A stretch of DNA of 64,000 nt from Vampirovibrionaceae bacterium NZW_1234 (GTDB lineage: Bacteria > Cyanobacteriota > Vampirovibrionia > Vampirovibrionales > JAGQHJ01). Shown in pieces: positions 20,873-30,479 of the stretch. The stretch covers positions 1 through 64,000 of the forward strand of contig JBGUGD010000014.1 of NCBI GenBank assembly GCA_041697335.1, in the 5' to 3' direction. The translations under genes and the position numbers were made by a program. A model generated the notes under the pieces. That model was not told where the DNA came from and did no database searches. It saw nothing but the letters and a program-made list of their open reading frames with translations. Within the stretch, counting starts at the first letter, position 1. Each line of letters starts with the position of its first letter.

Positions 20873-21562
20873 ATGCCATGGCCCATTGGCCGTGATGTTC
20901 GCAACACACCATTCTTGAAATTTTCTTCACAACAGCCCTCCTCATCCTCTTCGGAATTCACCAGAGCTATGGCTTTACCACGTGGCACTTATTACACTCC
21001 CAAAACCACACGCATGCGGCACGAAGAAGTTATTATGATCGGCATGGATCAAACGGCTATCACAAATGCCACCAGCGAAGTTCCAATTATCGGGACCAGA
21101 AGCTTGAACCCTTGCTACGCCATTATTCTATTCAATCGCACTACCCGAACTGCAATCATGCGTCATCAACCCAGCCCCCCACCAGAAACATTCAATACCT
21201 TGATGACATTGGTCCGCAAGGACCCCCGAGATAGAGTTGAAGTTCATCTTATTGGAGGCACCCCCAGCGATGATCCCGACCTGAATGAGCGAGCAAAAGA
21301 CAACACGGATCGACTCAACACTCTATATAACTTGGTTACGGCCATTGACAACACAAATAATACCGTTCTTAAGACCTGTGATTGCTATGACAAGCCGAAA
21401 CCGATTGCTGTCGCCATCGATAGCAGAAATGGGCGCCTTATTCGAGGCTCAGATTTTTTCATTACACCTGAAGAAGGTGATAAAACCTTTGACTGTTTTC
21501 AAGATTACGGCTACATTAGCGATACTGTCGAAGTCTTTGACGGTACCATTCCCGAATATTAA
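20873..21562 (+). CDS. putative Cys-His deamidase (CheD/NTAN1/CNF1-like fold)
   Basis: IIGTRSLNPCYAIILFN...AIMRH...VEVHLIGG; alternative ATGs at 20840 and 20858. Confidence 0.55.
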   Translation: MPWPIGRDVRNTPFLKFSSQQPSSSSSEFTRAMALPRGTYYTPKTTRMRHEEVIMIGMDQTAITNATSEVPIIGTRSLNPCYAIILFNRTTRTAIMRHQPSPPPETFNTLMTLVRKDPRDRVEVHLIGGTPSDDPDLNERAKDNTDRLNTLYNLVTAIDNTNNTVLKTCDCYDKPKPIAVAIDSRNGRLIRGSDFFITPEEGDKTFDCFQDYGYISDTVEVFDGTIPEY

Positions 21563-21734
21563 CTCTTTTCAAGCCTTCGAACTGATATTTCCTTATTAGG
21601 GTCGCTATTACAAGGTAACATTCCTTAACCAATTCGTTGGTTCATGGCAATTTCAAAGATTTCCATTGTTTATATATATTATATACAAGCTCCGCTTTGG
21701 CGATGCCTCAGGTAGGTCTTTGAAGGGTTCAATT

Positions 21735-23480
21735 GTGATTAGCACCAAAGATCTTCTCCTATTTTCCGCAATTCAAAATTTCTCTCGTTCGTCACGAGGG
21801 GGAATCTATCGTGGGGTAGATGACTCAGGCTCATCTTCAAACAATCCATTCACAACCCTCATCTTCTTGTCGTTTTTAAAGAAATCCAAATCCACCCCAG
21901 TCAGTACAAGCCCCTTTGGCTCGCTCAATCTCCCCTTGAGCAGTGGTGGAAACACGCTCATCATTGGCGGTAATGGCGGGTTGAATTTAGGAGGATACGG
22001 CTACTGGAATGGCTACGGCCTACCAAGCCAACCCCCAGGCGTGTGCTCCCAACCCGTGTATCCATCCCCTTGCAACACGGTTTGTCTCCCACCGCAACCT
22101 ACACCGTTGCCAAGCCCATCACCCACGCCACTGCCACTCCCCACACCAACTCCAGTGCCAGCTCCAGTACCAGTCCCAACACCCGCTCCCACACCAACTC
22201 CAACGCCTGCCACACCCGTTGACCCTTCATCGATACTGGATTTTGCCCCCGTGCTGGTTGGCCGTCAGGCCAATAACAATTTGAATTACACCAATATCGA
22301 TTCCACCTTTAACTCGAGTGAGAGCACCCTCAGTAAGACCTACGCTCTCAGCAATTCGCCCTGGGGCGCCAACTACCGTTCTCCTTATATGTATCAGGCC
22401 TATCAAGAGCAAGTCGATTTCTATGCAATGATGGGCCGTAATTTCGACCAAATTGATACCAATCGCGACGGACTGGCATCGGCTTCAGAAATCATGGCAC
22501 TCGCTGCGAGATCTGGAAATACAACCAGTATTGAGGCTTCGGACTTTACCCCCGGAACAGCGCCTGCGGATATGACGCCTGTTCCCGTAGGTATTCATGC
22601 CCAAACCGGCGCCATTTTATTTAATGCTACAGCTAATCTTCAAGGAGGTTCATTAGCACCGACACCGAGCCTCAATAAAGCGTACTTTGAAAATCGAAGC
22701 CAAGACATCTTACTCTGGCAAAACTATAATAAATTTCTCTATAGTATCGGAGTCACGTTTGATCACTGGGATACCAATCGAGACGGCAGGTTAAGCAAAG
22801 CCGAGCTGGATGCTGTTGCAGCCCGCTCAGGTGATCCAACCCGCATTGAAAAATCAGACTTGTTGGGTGCTTCAACGACTCAAACGAACAATACCGGATT
22901 CATCCAGTTCAACCCTGCTAACGTTGGCACCGATCAATTTGGCCAAGTGCAAATTAGCGGTATTTCTCTCGGTGCCAACCAACTGACCACAACGCTGATT
23001 GGCCAGTATAATGCAACCCCCTGGCAAGAGAGTCAAAATATCACCAACATGTACAGCACTCTCTTCCAGAATTTTAGCCAAGTGGATACCAATAACGACG
23101 GTGTTCTCAGCAGAGCAGAACTCTCAGCCTTTACCGCCAAGTCTGGGGACACAACCAAGTTGGAGGTCACAGATTTTACCCCCGGTACTGTAACGCAGAC
23201 ATTTACCGGTGTTACCATAAGTTCGAGCAATGATGGGCTTATTTCAATTAATGGCGCCCCTATGTTCGGAACGGACTTCCAGATAACCCGCACAAATCTT
23301 CAACAGCGCCTAAGCGAGTCTGAAAACGGGACCAACTTCAGAAAAATCATGTATAACCTGGGACAAGTAACAAACCGAGTGGATACAAACGGTGATGGCA
23401 CGCTCAGCCTTGCTGAACTGAACGCCTTTAAAGCCAGAGCCGGAGATATCACCAAACTGGATTTTGCAGACTTTGCCTGA
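21735..23480 (+). CDS. Pro/Thr-rich protein with four EF-hand modules
   Basis: DTNRDGLAS..E, DTNRDGRLS..E, DTNNDGVLS..E, DTNGDGTLS..E; (PT/PV)n linker. GTG 21735 is the likely start (TTG 21666 possible). Confidence 0.82.
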   Translation: MISTKDLLLFSAIQNFSRSSRGGIYRGVDDSGSSSNNPFTTLIFLSFLKKSKSTPVSTSPFGSLNLPLSSGGNTLIIGGNGGLNLGGYGYWNGYGLPSQPPGVCSQPVYPSPCNTVCLPPQPTPLPSPSPTPLPLPTPTPVPAPVPVPTPAPTPTPTPATPVDPSSILDFAPVLVGRQANNNLNYTNIDSTFNSSESTLSKTYALSNSPWGANYRSPYMYQAYQEQVDFYAMMGRNFDQIDTNRDGLASASEIMALAARSGNTTSIEASDFTPGTAPADMTPVPVGIHAQTGAILFNATANLQGGSLAPTPSLNKAYFENRSQDILLWQNYNKFLYSIGVTFDHWDTNRDGRLSKAELDAVAARSGDPTRIEKSDLLGASTTQTNNTGFIQFNPANVGTDQFGQVQISGISLGANQLTTTLIGQYNATPWQESQNITNMYSTLFQNFSQVDTNNDGVLSRAELSAFTAKSGDTTKLEVTDFTPGTVTQTFTGVTISSSNDGLISINGAPMFGTDFQITRTNLQQRLSESENGTNFRKIMYNLGQVTNRVDTNGDGTLSLAELNAFKARAGDITKLDFADFA

Positions 23481-23652
23481 TTCAGACCGGCATTGCGGTT
23501 ATAAATAATTACCCAATGTAACGCGTCTAAAACTATATATTTGACAGCAGCTATACTTTTTCATACAATCAACCGGTTGGGAATTTTATGTGATAGGACG
23601 TTTATGCCGTTCCCCATGAGCCGGCATAACACTAGGTATGGGAGATAATACA

Positions 23653-24450
23653 ATGAAGCTAACCCCGATTCGCTTTGGGGCCATTGCGGTGACCAATGCA
23701 ACGGTTTCGAGACAGCAAACTTCACTGGTTACTTTGGGACGTAATACCCAGGCAAATGCAAAGGCCAGCAAAGAGACGAAAATTCAAGTAACTTTGAAAG
23801 CATCTGAGGACAAGGATCTGGTGTTTAAAACCATCCCTGGCCTACAACCAGGTGCATTAAGAGAGGAACCCATCACGTTAACCTTTTTTCAAAAAGACGG
23901 TTCACTTTCTGTCCAATCCACCTTCAAGGAAGACAAAAAAGCTGTTGTAGGTCAGGAAATTGTCGGCTATAAAGATGTTTTCAAAGGTTATGAAACAGTA
24001 CAAGCGGGCTTACCCGCTTGCTGGGAAGGCCCTGTTCCTGAACCCTACGAGCAGCCGGTCTATGAGCGAGAGCCAATCTATGGGCCAAAGATGGGAATTC
24101 AACGACAAGACAGCCACAAGACAATTGCTCTGGATACTCCTGAAGCATTCCAAGATTTACTGACGCTAACCGAGCAGATTCCGCTGGATAAATCCATCAA
24201 GGGTCCCATTAAAAAGTTACTTTCTCATACATTCAAGGCTTTTGCCGATCAGAAAGCCAAAGCACTGGAAGCCGAACTGGCTGCACTGGGAGAAAGTAAA
24301 GCGGGTGCGCTGGAAAAATTGAAGCAGGATAAGGCCAGGGAATTAGCAGAACAAACTCGTCAGCTCACAGAAAGCCATGACACAAAGACAAAAAGCCTGA
24401 GCAGCACACAGGAACTCTTAGCTGCACTCAAAAAGAAACTGCTTCGTTGA
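23653..24450 (+). CDS. hypothetical protein with C-terminal coiled coil
   Basis: GGAG RBS plus ATG; begins MKLTPIRFGA; Glu/Lys/Leu-rich tail. Confidence 0.75.
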   Translation: MKLTPIRFGAIAVTNATVSRQQTSLVTLGRNTQANAKASKETKIQVTLKASEDKDLVFKTIPGLQPGALREEPITLTFFQKDGSLSVQSTFKEDKKAVVGQEIVGYKDVFKGYETVQAGLPACWEGPVPEPYEQPVYEREPIYGPKMGIQRQDSHKTIALDTPEAFQDLLTLTEQIPLDKSIKGPIKKLLSHTFKAFADQKAKALEAELAALGESKAGALEKLKQDKARELAEQTRQLTESHDTKTKSLSSTQELLAALKKKLLR

Positions 24451-24570
24451 TTCTGATTGCATCTTTTTAAATTAAAACCAGTATCGGGTAGACATGACAG
24501 AATCCCTCCTGATTCGACGTCATGTCTGCCTCAGATTCTGAAAAAGCGATACCGACCTAGAACAGAACTC

Positions 24571-25371
24571 TTAGGCTGTCTGAAGATTCCGACCCGGTTT
24601 CAACCGTCTGACTGCGGCTGATAGGGATGCATAATCTTGCATCTTGTCATGGGCCAATAGCGACAAGAGCGAGTAGATACGCTTGTTGGTTGCATCCTTG
24701 CCACCCGGCAATGCCAGATCTTCGTCAATAAAAGTAATGTATCTGGGGTCTTCCAAGCGATCAGTCGTACCGGTCAGCGTCACCGCATGAATATCGCTTG
24801 GTGCCTTGGGATGAAGCATGAATTGGGCTGAACGCAAATAGTTGTATAGGTGCTCGGGAGACCTCTCCAGATCTTTTTGAATAAACTCAAAATATGTCTG
24901 CCCATGGCGAATTTCATCATCGGCAATGAGGGTAAATATGTCCTTCCCAACCGGCTCGTCCAGCCAATTGGCCATACTGCGATACCAATTCGCCAAACGG
25001 TGTTCGCTCAGAAAATGGATCATCAAAATGTTTTCTTTGCTGCTCGGTGGAATACTCATGCGAAGAGCCTGGAATTCGGCCTCCGGAATTTCGATACCCA
25101 GATGCGAAAGGTATTTCTTCAGCACCAGGCAATGCTTCATTTCCTCGTAATACCACACAGAAACATAGCAGGAAAAATCGATGTCATCGTAGAAATCCCG
25201 AATAAATGATTCTGCGGCAAATAACGACCCAATTTCCGTCTTACAGATATGGTGAATCAAATTGGTTTGCTCCTGGCTAATTCGTGTCGGATCAATTTGA
25301 TCCCACTGAATATCTGTACCAAGATTCCATCGGACCTTTTCTAATTTATCAAAGAATTTCTCATACAGCAT
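24571..25371 (-). CDS. ferritin-like di-iron protein (acyl-ACP desaturase-like)
   Basis: RW....DI.W, TE, W..EEMKH, SE....WY, I..DEIRH. ATG 25371 overlaps the end of the helicase gene. Confidence 0.82.
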   Translation of the reverse strand: MLYEKFFDKLEKVRWNLGTDIQWDQIDPTRISQEQTNLIHHICKTEIGSLFAAESFIRDFYDDIDFSCYVSVWYYEEMKHCLVLKKYLSHLGIEIPEAEFQALRMSIPPSSKENILMIHFLSEHRLANWYRSMANWLDEPVGKDIFTLIADDEIRHGQTYFEFIQKDLERSPEHLYNYLRSAQFMLHPKAPSDIHAVTLTGTTDRLEDPRYITFIDEDLALPGGKDATNKRIYSLLSLLAHDKMQDYASLSAAVRRLKPGRNLQTA

Positions 25372-26647
25372 ACGCTTTTCCCCGCTTCTCCTGTGGGTTG
25401 TTCGGATTGTTTTTAGGATTGCCAGGCTTATGAGAACGACCTTTGGCACCATTCTTAGACCGATGCCGATCGGGACGCCCGGTAGAATTTTGATTGGCTT
25501 GATTCCCTCCGAACGAGCGCCTGCGTCGACTGCCATTGGATGACTGTGGACGCGTCGGCACTTGCGACGGATCACCGTTGGCATTCATCAGATCTTGGTA
25601 TTGTGTTGCAGAAACAAAGGTAAAGGCTTGCCCCGTCTTACCGGCACGACCCGTTCGTCCGATACGGTGCATGTAGTTTTCTGTATTTTCAGGCAAATCA
25701 TAGTTAAATACGGCTTGCACATTCTGCACATCAATCCCCCGTGCCGCAACATCAGTCGCCACCAGGAAATGAAAGGCCCCACGACGGAAACGTCCCATCA
25801 CTTTGTCTCGCTTCACCTGGGACATTCCTCCATGTAGGCCTTCAGCTCGATAGCCTGCAGATTTCAGGCTTTCAGCCAACTGATCCACTTGACGCTTGGT
25901 ATTGCAAAATACTAAACCCAACTTGAACTGATGGGCATCAATCAATTTGGTCAGGGCCTCAAACTTGGTTCTCGAATTCACCTGGATATATTCCTGCTGA
26001 ATTCGAGAGACATCTTCCTGCGGGGTTTCGATACGGATGTGTTCAGGATTGGTCTGGTACTGGCGTGTCAGCTCAATAATGGCCTTCGGCATCGTTGCAG
26101 AGAACAAGACCATTTGCCGCTCTTGTGGAATATGGCACAAGATTGATTCGATATCTTCACGAAAGCCCATATCCAGCATCTCATCAGCCTCATCCAAAAC
26201 AACAGTCTGCACAGCACTGACGTTAATGGTATCACGCCATAAGTGATCAAGCATACGCCCCGGTGTGGCTACTATCACCTGAGGCCGACTCTGCAAGGCC
26301 AGAAGTTGTCTGTCCATAGGTTGGCCCCCGTAGACAGAGACAATAGAAATACCTTTTTTAAATTTGACCAGCTTACGAAACTCTTCGGTCACCTGGAGCG
26401 CCAGCTCACGAGTTGGACATAAAACCAGGGCTTGAGCCTCTCTGCGGGACACATCAAGGCGTTCAATAATCGGTATTGCAAACGCTGCAGTTTTACCAGT
26501 ACCCGTCTGCGCCTGACCAATAATATCTTTGTTTTCCAGCAGGTGCGGAATCGCCTCTGCCTGAATAGGCGATGGGGCTGTAAATTTCATGGCCTCAAGG
26601 GCACGGTTCAATTCGGGACTGAGCCCCAATGATTCAAACGTTAACAT
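25361..26647 (-). CDS. DEAD-box RNA helicase (DeaD/CshA-like)
   Basis: AQTGTGKT, PTRELA, TPGR, DEAD, SAT, ARGID, HRIGRTGRAG. Confidence 0.96.
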   Translation of the reverse strand: MLTFESLGLSPELNRALEAMKFTAPSPIQAEAIPHLLENKDIIGQAQTGTGKTAAFAIPIIERLDVSRREAQALVLCPTRELALQVTEEFRKLVKFKKGISIVSVYGGQPMDRQLLALQSRPQVIVATPGRMLDHLWRDTINVSAVQTVVLDEADEMLDMGFREDIESILCHIPQERQMVLFSATMPKAIIELTRQYQTNPEHIRIETPQEDVSRIQQEYIQVNSRTKFEALTKLIDAHQFKLGLVFCNTKRQVDQLAESLKSAGYRAEGLHGGMSQVKRDKVMGRFRRGAFHFLVATDVAARGIDVQNVQAVFNYDLPENTENYMHRIGRTGRAGKTGQAFTFVSATQYQDLMNANGDPSQVPTRPQSSNGSRRRRSFGGNQANQNSTGRPDRHRSKNGAKGRSHKPGNPKNNPNNPQEKRGKAYAV

Positions 26648-26757
26648 ACGTTCGTTCTCCAAATTATGTCATTACTGTCGAGAAATATGCGTTTCAAGTG
26701 CTCTTAAGACAGCAATGACAGGTTGGAAGGAACAGTATGTCTAAAAGAACTTGAAGT

Positions 26758-26789
26758 AAAGCGAGTATCCAAGTGGATACTCGCTTTTT
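26758..26789. terminator. hairpin terminator/attenuator
   Basis: AAAGCGAGTATCC-AAGT-GGATACTCGCTTT. Confidence 0.7.
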
Positions 26790-26797
26790 CACAGAAA

Positions 26798-26950
26798 TTA
26801 TTCTGCAGGAACCTGGGCAGGTGCGCTACCTGATGCCCGGTTACCACCACCGCCGCCGCGGCTACGTCCGAAAGCTGGTTTCTTGCGATACTTTCGAGCG
26901 TTTTCTTTGTTTCGAAGCGCTTTTTCCTTTTTCTGATTATTTTTGGCCAT
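26798..26950 (-). CDS. 50-aa Lys/Arg-rich small protein (absent from the ORF track)
   Basis: MAKNNQKKEKALRNKENARKYRKKPAFGRSRGGGGGNRASGSAPAQVPAE; AGGGGG RBS, 10 nt after the upstream stop, followed by a hairpin. Confidence 0.75.
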   Translation of the reverse strand: MAKNNQKKEKALRNKENARKYRKKPAFGRSRGGGGGNRASGSAPAQVPAE

Positions 26951-26960
26951 CTACAACCCC

Positions 26961-27278
26961 CTAGTAAGAGGATTGGTAGCAATCCCGGCAATAGACAGGT
27001 TTGGCACCACTAGGTTGGAAAGGAACTTGGGTCTGCACACCGCAACCAGAGCAGACAGCGGGGTACATCTGACGCTGAGGGCGACCGCCGCCACCATAGC
27101 CACCGCCGTAGCCACCACGACCGCCACCACGGGCTTGCTTGGCAGCATCACGGCAAGGCTTGCACTTGCGTGGCTCTTGAAACCCTTTGGATTGATAAAA
27201 CTCTTGTTCTTCAACGCTGAAGGTGAAGTCGCTACCACATGACGAGCATTGGATTTGCTTTTCGGTCAACATGTTCAA
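26961..27278 (-). CDS. zinc-ribbon plus CxxC-x17-CxxC domain protein
   Basis: C..CG..F.F..EEQ.FY..KGF..P..C..CR, Gly-rich linker, C..CG....VPF.P....PVYC..C. Confidence 0.92.
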   Translation of the reverse strand: MNMLTEKQIQCSSCGSDFTFSVEEQEFYQSKGFQEPRKCKPCRDAAKQARGGGRGGYGGGYGGGGRPQRQMYPAVCSGCGVQTQVPFQPSGAKPVYCRDCYQSSY

Positions 27279-27773
27279 TTGGAACCTCTTTATTTCGTAT
27301 TGATGTTTGTCACATTTGGATCTTTAGTAGAGGCACCGTTTGAAATGAAGACAGAGACCTACAACTGAAAAATCGCTAACTTTATTATGGATCTTTTTCA
27401 ATCATTTTACAATCCCCCACCCATTGGACCTCGAAATTTTCTTATCCGATCCCCCCTCAAGTGCGCTGTTGATGCGTACTTATTTTGTTACATTTTATTG
27501 CAACATTTAATCACCAAACATATCTATTAGCCATCCACCTATTCAATAAGACTCCTATATTACTCTCCGCTGAGCAATACCAAATTCATCCTTATCTCCC
27601 GCAAGCGTTGAGCTTTTCATACTGTTTCACTATAAACAGACCCATCTTTGTTGAGCTTACCCAACTCAACACTCCTCAACCGTCCTACTGAACATTATAA
27701 TCCCCTGGAGAATAAGCGTTTTTTGTTTCCAGGTCTATACTAAACGTGAATTATGATTCGGAGGGTTTATCAT

Positions 27774-28079
27774 ATGCCAGAAAAATTTCACCGTATTGGA
27801 CCTGTAACCGTATTAGGGCTTGGTATTGTACTGCTCAGTGCCTGTACAAGCATGCCTCAGAAAACATCAGAAAACGAACCTGCAAACACCTCCCAAGTCG
27901 GGAGTGAGGCCACAGAAAAATATGCAGAAAAGCCCGTAAGCGTTGAGCGCAATAAAACAACAGATCCGTACACGGGAACTACCAATGAAGAAAATTCTGT
28001 AGAGCGCCGCCCTATCGCTGACGACCAGTCGGTCTTGGACAAGCAACTCGATCGAAAAGAAAAGCAAAGCAACCCATAA
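27774..28079 (+). CDS. hypothetical lipoprotein
   Basis: GGAGGG RBS; hydrophobic stretch with lipobox LSAC. Confidence 0.75.
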   Translation: MPEKFHRIGPVTVLGLGIVLLSACTSMPQKTSENEPANTSQVGSEATEKYAEKPVSVERNKTTDPYTGTTNEENSVERRPIADDQSVLDKQLDRKEKQSNP

Positions 28080-28170
28080 CAGACAACCAAAGTACATTCA
28101 CAATTTCTAACCTCATCTAAGAGCCCTTTTACTCCATGTTCAGTATGTAGAAGATTAAGGAGGAAATCCC

Positions 28171-28935
28171 ATGGATTGGAATAACCCAAGTCGCAAAACC
28201 GTCTCCGGTATTTTTAGCTCTGAAGCCAAAGTCCGATCTTTAATCGAAGATTTGGAAGACCGGGGTTATAGCAAGGATCAGATCAGCATGTTGATGTCCG
28301 ACAAAACGCGTGATCGATTCCCCCAGCTTGAAAAGTCCTCAAAATTGCCTGAAGGAGCCGCAACAGGTGGATTATCGGGCGGATTGCTCGGCGCATTAAT
28401 TGGTGGTCTGACAATGGCCGGAAGTGTCTTGGTTCCTGGAGCTGGACTTTTGATTGCCGGCCCTATCATTGGAGCATTAACAGGAGGAGCCATTGGGACA
28501 ACAGCAGGAAGCCTCATTGGTGCCCTGATTGGGGCAGGCATTCCCGAACATGAAGCAAAACACTATGAAGACGCCCTCAAACAAGAAGGCAACGTGTTGC
28601 TCATTGCTCATGTGGATAAAGATGAAGTCTCTGAAGTCAAAAGTCTTTTCAAAACATATGGCGCAAAAGAGCTGGATGTCAAACGCGAAGATCCGGATGC
28701 GCGGCGTGAAACGGCCGGGTATTCGAAAGAAGATGAACCCGATGTTCGGAGTGGTCGGCAGCACTCTGGTTTCTCATCTGGAGAACTGGGGACAGAAGGT
28801 CGCTCGAATGTCCAACGTAAGTCGACTGAATATTATCGGGAAGACGAACCCTCGGTCCACCGAGAAACACGTCGGTACACTGAGGAAGATCCCAGTATTC
28901 ATCGAGAAGGCTCCCGCTTCAAAACCGATCGATAA
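28171..28935 (+). CDS. general-stress/glycine-zipper membrane protein (YflT-like)
   Basis: L...GY....IS, EGAATGG..GG.LG, AGPIIGAL, GALIGAGIPEHEAK.YE. Confidence 0.8.
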   Translation: MDWNNPSRKTVSGIFSSEAKVRSLIEDLEDRGYSKDQISMLMSDKTRDRFPQLEKSSKLPEGAATGGLSGGLLGALIGGLTMAGSVLVPGAGLLIAGPIIGALTGGAIGTTAGSLIGALIGAGIPEHEAKHYEDALKQEGNVLLIAHVDKDEVSEVKSLFKTYGAKELDVKREDPDARRETAGYSKEDEPDVRSGRQHSGFSSGELGTEGRSNVQRKSTEYYREDEPSVHRETRRYTEEDPSIHREGSRFKTDR

Positions 28936-28964
28936 TTGCGATTAAAGAACCCTCTACACCATCA

Positions 28965-29001
28965 TCAGCCTCCGATTTCTATCGGAGGCTGACTTTTCTT
29001 T
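28965..29001 (+). terminator. intrinsic terminator
   Basis: TCAGCCTCCGAT/ATCGGAGGCTGA followed by a T-rich tail. Confidence 0.8.
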
Positions 29002-29103
29002 TGTCGTTCAACAAATTTGCCACACGTTTTCTTGCGGCTTGGATGAAAAATCGATTCAATCATTCCGTCTAAAACAATGCCATATCGGCTTTGATGAACA
29101 CTG

Positions 29104-30465
29104 TCAGTCTAAGACTTTCTTATTTTTGGGAGAGACCAAACCTAAGAGTTGGTCATAAATACGTTGACTTAAGCCCTCTACTGCCGATTCAGGTGTTCCG
29201 GACTTAATTGTGTCTAAAACATTAATTGGCATCCCGATTGAAATACAAGCACGCCGAGGTATCTCTGTCATGAGCTTTTTTGCTGCTTGCGGATCATGAA
29301 GATTAACCAAAAGAAAGAGGGTTTCGGCAATTCGCTCCGGGGATGGCATCAAGCGAACATAGTTTGGATCATACTTGGCAATTGACAAGCAATCCTTAAC
29401 TGCGGAAAGAAAGTTCATCAATTTCTTATGCTCAACAACGGAAGTTTCTGAACGATGCCACTTGGCATATATGGAACGCCTAACCATCGCACATCGTTCC
29501 AGTGGATCGTCTTTTCGGACGGCATCAACAGCAATGTTTAATGATTTCTCCAAGGGCTGTAGGGTTGCTTCAATACAAGCTCTTCTTAACTCCTGCAACG
29601 TAGCCGACTCTGGGAGCCGAATATTACTGCGAGCAAGTATTGCCTTTAAACTGGCACGAGCAACCCCCTCCAATTGCGTTAATTGCGAGACAGGTTCACC
29701 TGAGGCAGTAAAAACCCTTAATCTCTGGCACCATTGGTTTAGATGCCTATTAAGGACCTGAAAAGCATATGAAGGCGAATTAAACTTGAAGTTAATCCCC
29801 ACAGGAAGAATAACAACACGATGATCGGGCTTCTCCTTAATGAGTCTTTTCGCTGCTTTAAGACTCAATTGAGCAACCCCTGAACGAATCGGCAATACGG
29901 ACTCGGCCTGAAAACTTTGCATCCCTTCCGGAAAAATAAGTACCGGCGCTTCGCCTTTTTCAATAGCCTGAATAATCGCCTTAATCGCCTTTAAGTCATT
30001 TGCATCCCGGTGAATAGGCACAAATCCCAACCAACTTAGACACTGCTGAATCAGCGGCCTAAAAAACTGCCCCCAGGCATTAAACATGGCCAAATTTCCA
30101 ACAACCTGAATGCGGCTGCTTGCCTGATTTAATACTGAAAACAGAGAAGCCACATCGCCAAAGCCCGGATGCGTGGGAGCAATAATTAAATGCGTTTTTG
30201 GGTCATTAACAAGGCCCTTCAGCGTATCCAAGTTTGAATGAGACACATCGGTAATGTTATGAACCAAGCGTCGAAAAATATTGGTGTTCAACCCATGTTG
30301 CACTGCCCAACCCATCAATATGCTTGGATAACTCTGGTAATCCTGAGCTGGAGATTCTGTAATTGGATCAGGCAAAAAATTACCATTCCCAAAGCGTAGA
30401 CTTGGCTTTAAAACAATTGCATTCTGGCCCGAATGACCGGAGTTTCTATAAAACACGGAGATCAT
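29104..30465 (-). CDS. PlsC-family (lyso)phospholipid acyltransferase with N-terminal extension
   Basis: THPGFGD (HxxxxD), F.PI.R, IFPEG, ILPVGI. Confidence 0.85.
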   Translation of the reverse strand: MISVFYRNSGHSGQNAIVLKPSLRFGNGNFLPDPITESPAQDYQSYPSILMGWAVQHGLNTNIFRRLVHNITDVSHSNLDTLKGLVNDPKTHLIIAPTHPGFGDVASLFSVLNQASSRIQVVGNLAMFNAWGQFFRPLIQQCLSWLGFVPIHRDANDLKAIKAIIQAIEKGEAPVLIFPEGMQSFQAESVLPIRSGVAQLSLKAAKRLIKEKPDHRVVILPVGINFKFNSPSYAFQVLNRHLNQWCQRLRVFTASGEPVSQLTQLEGVARASLKAILARSNIRLPESATLQELRRACIEATLQPLEKSLNIAVDAVRKDDPLERCAMVRRSIYAKWHRSETSVVEHKKLMNFLSAVKDCLSIAKYDPNYVRLMPSPERIAETLFLLVNLHDPQAAKKLMTEIPRRACISIGMPINVLDTIKSGTPESAVEGLSQRIYDQLLGLVSPKNKKVLD

Positions 30466-30479
30466 AGGTATGCACCATA

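Noticed and set aside
25372..25584. Long N-terminal extension of the ferritin-like ORF
   Set aside because: Overlaps the helicase coding region; the family-like sequence starts at ATG 25371.
26773..26964. Plus-strand 63-aa ORF
   Set aside because: Antisense to the better-supported 50-aa basic gene and starts within a terminator hairpin.
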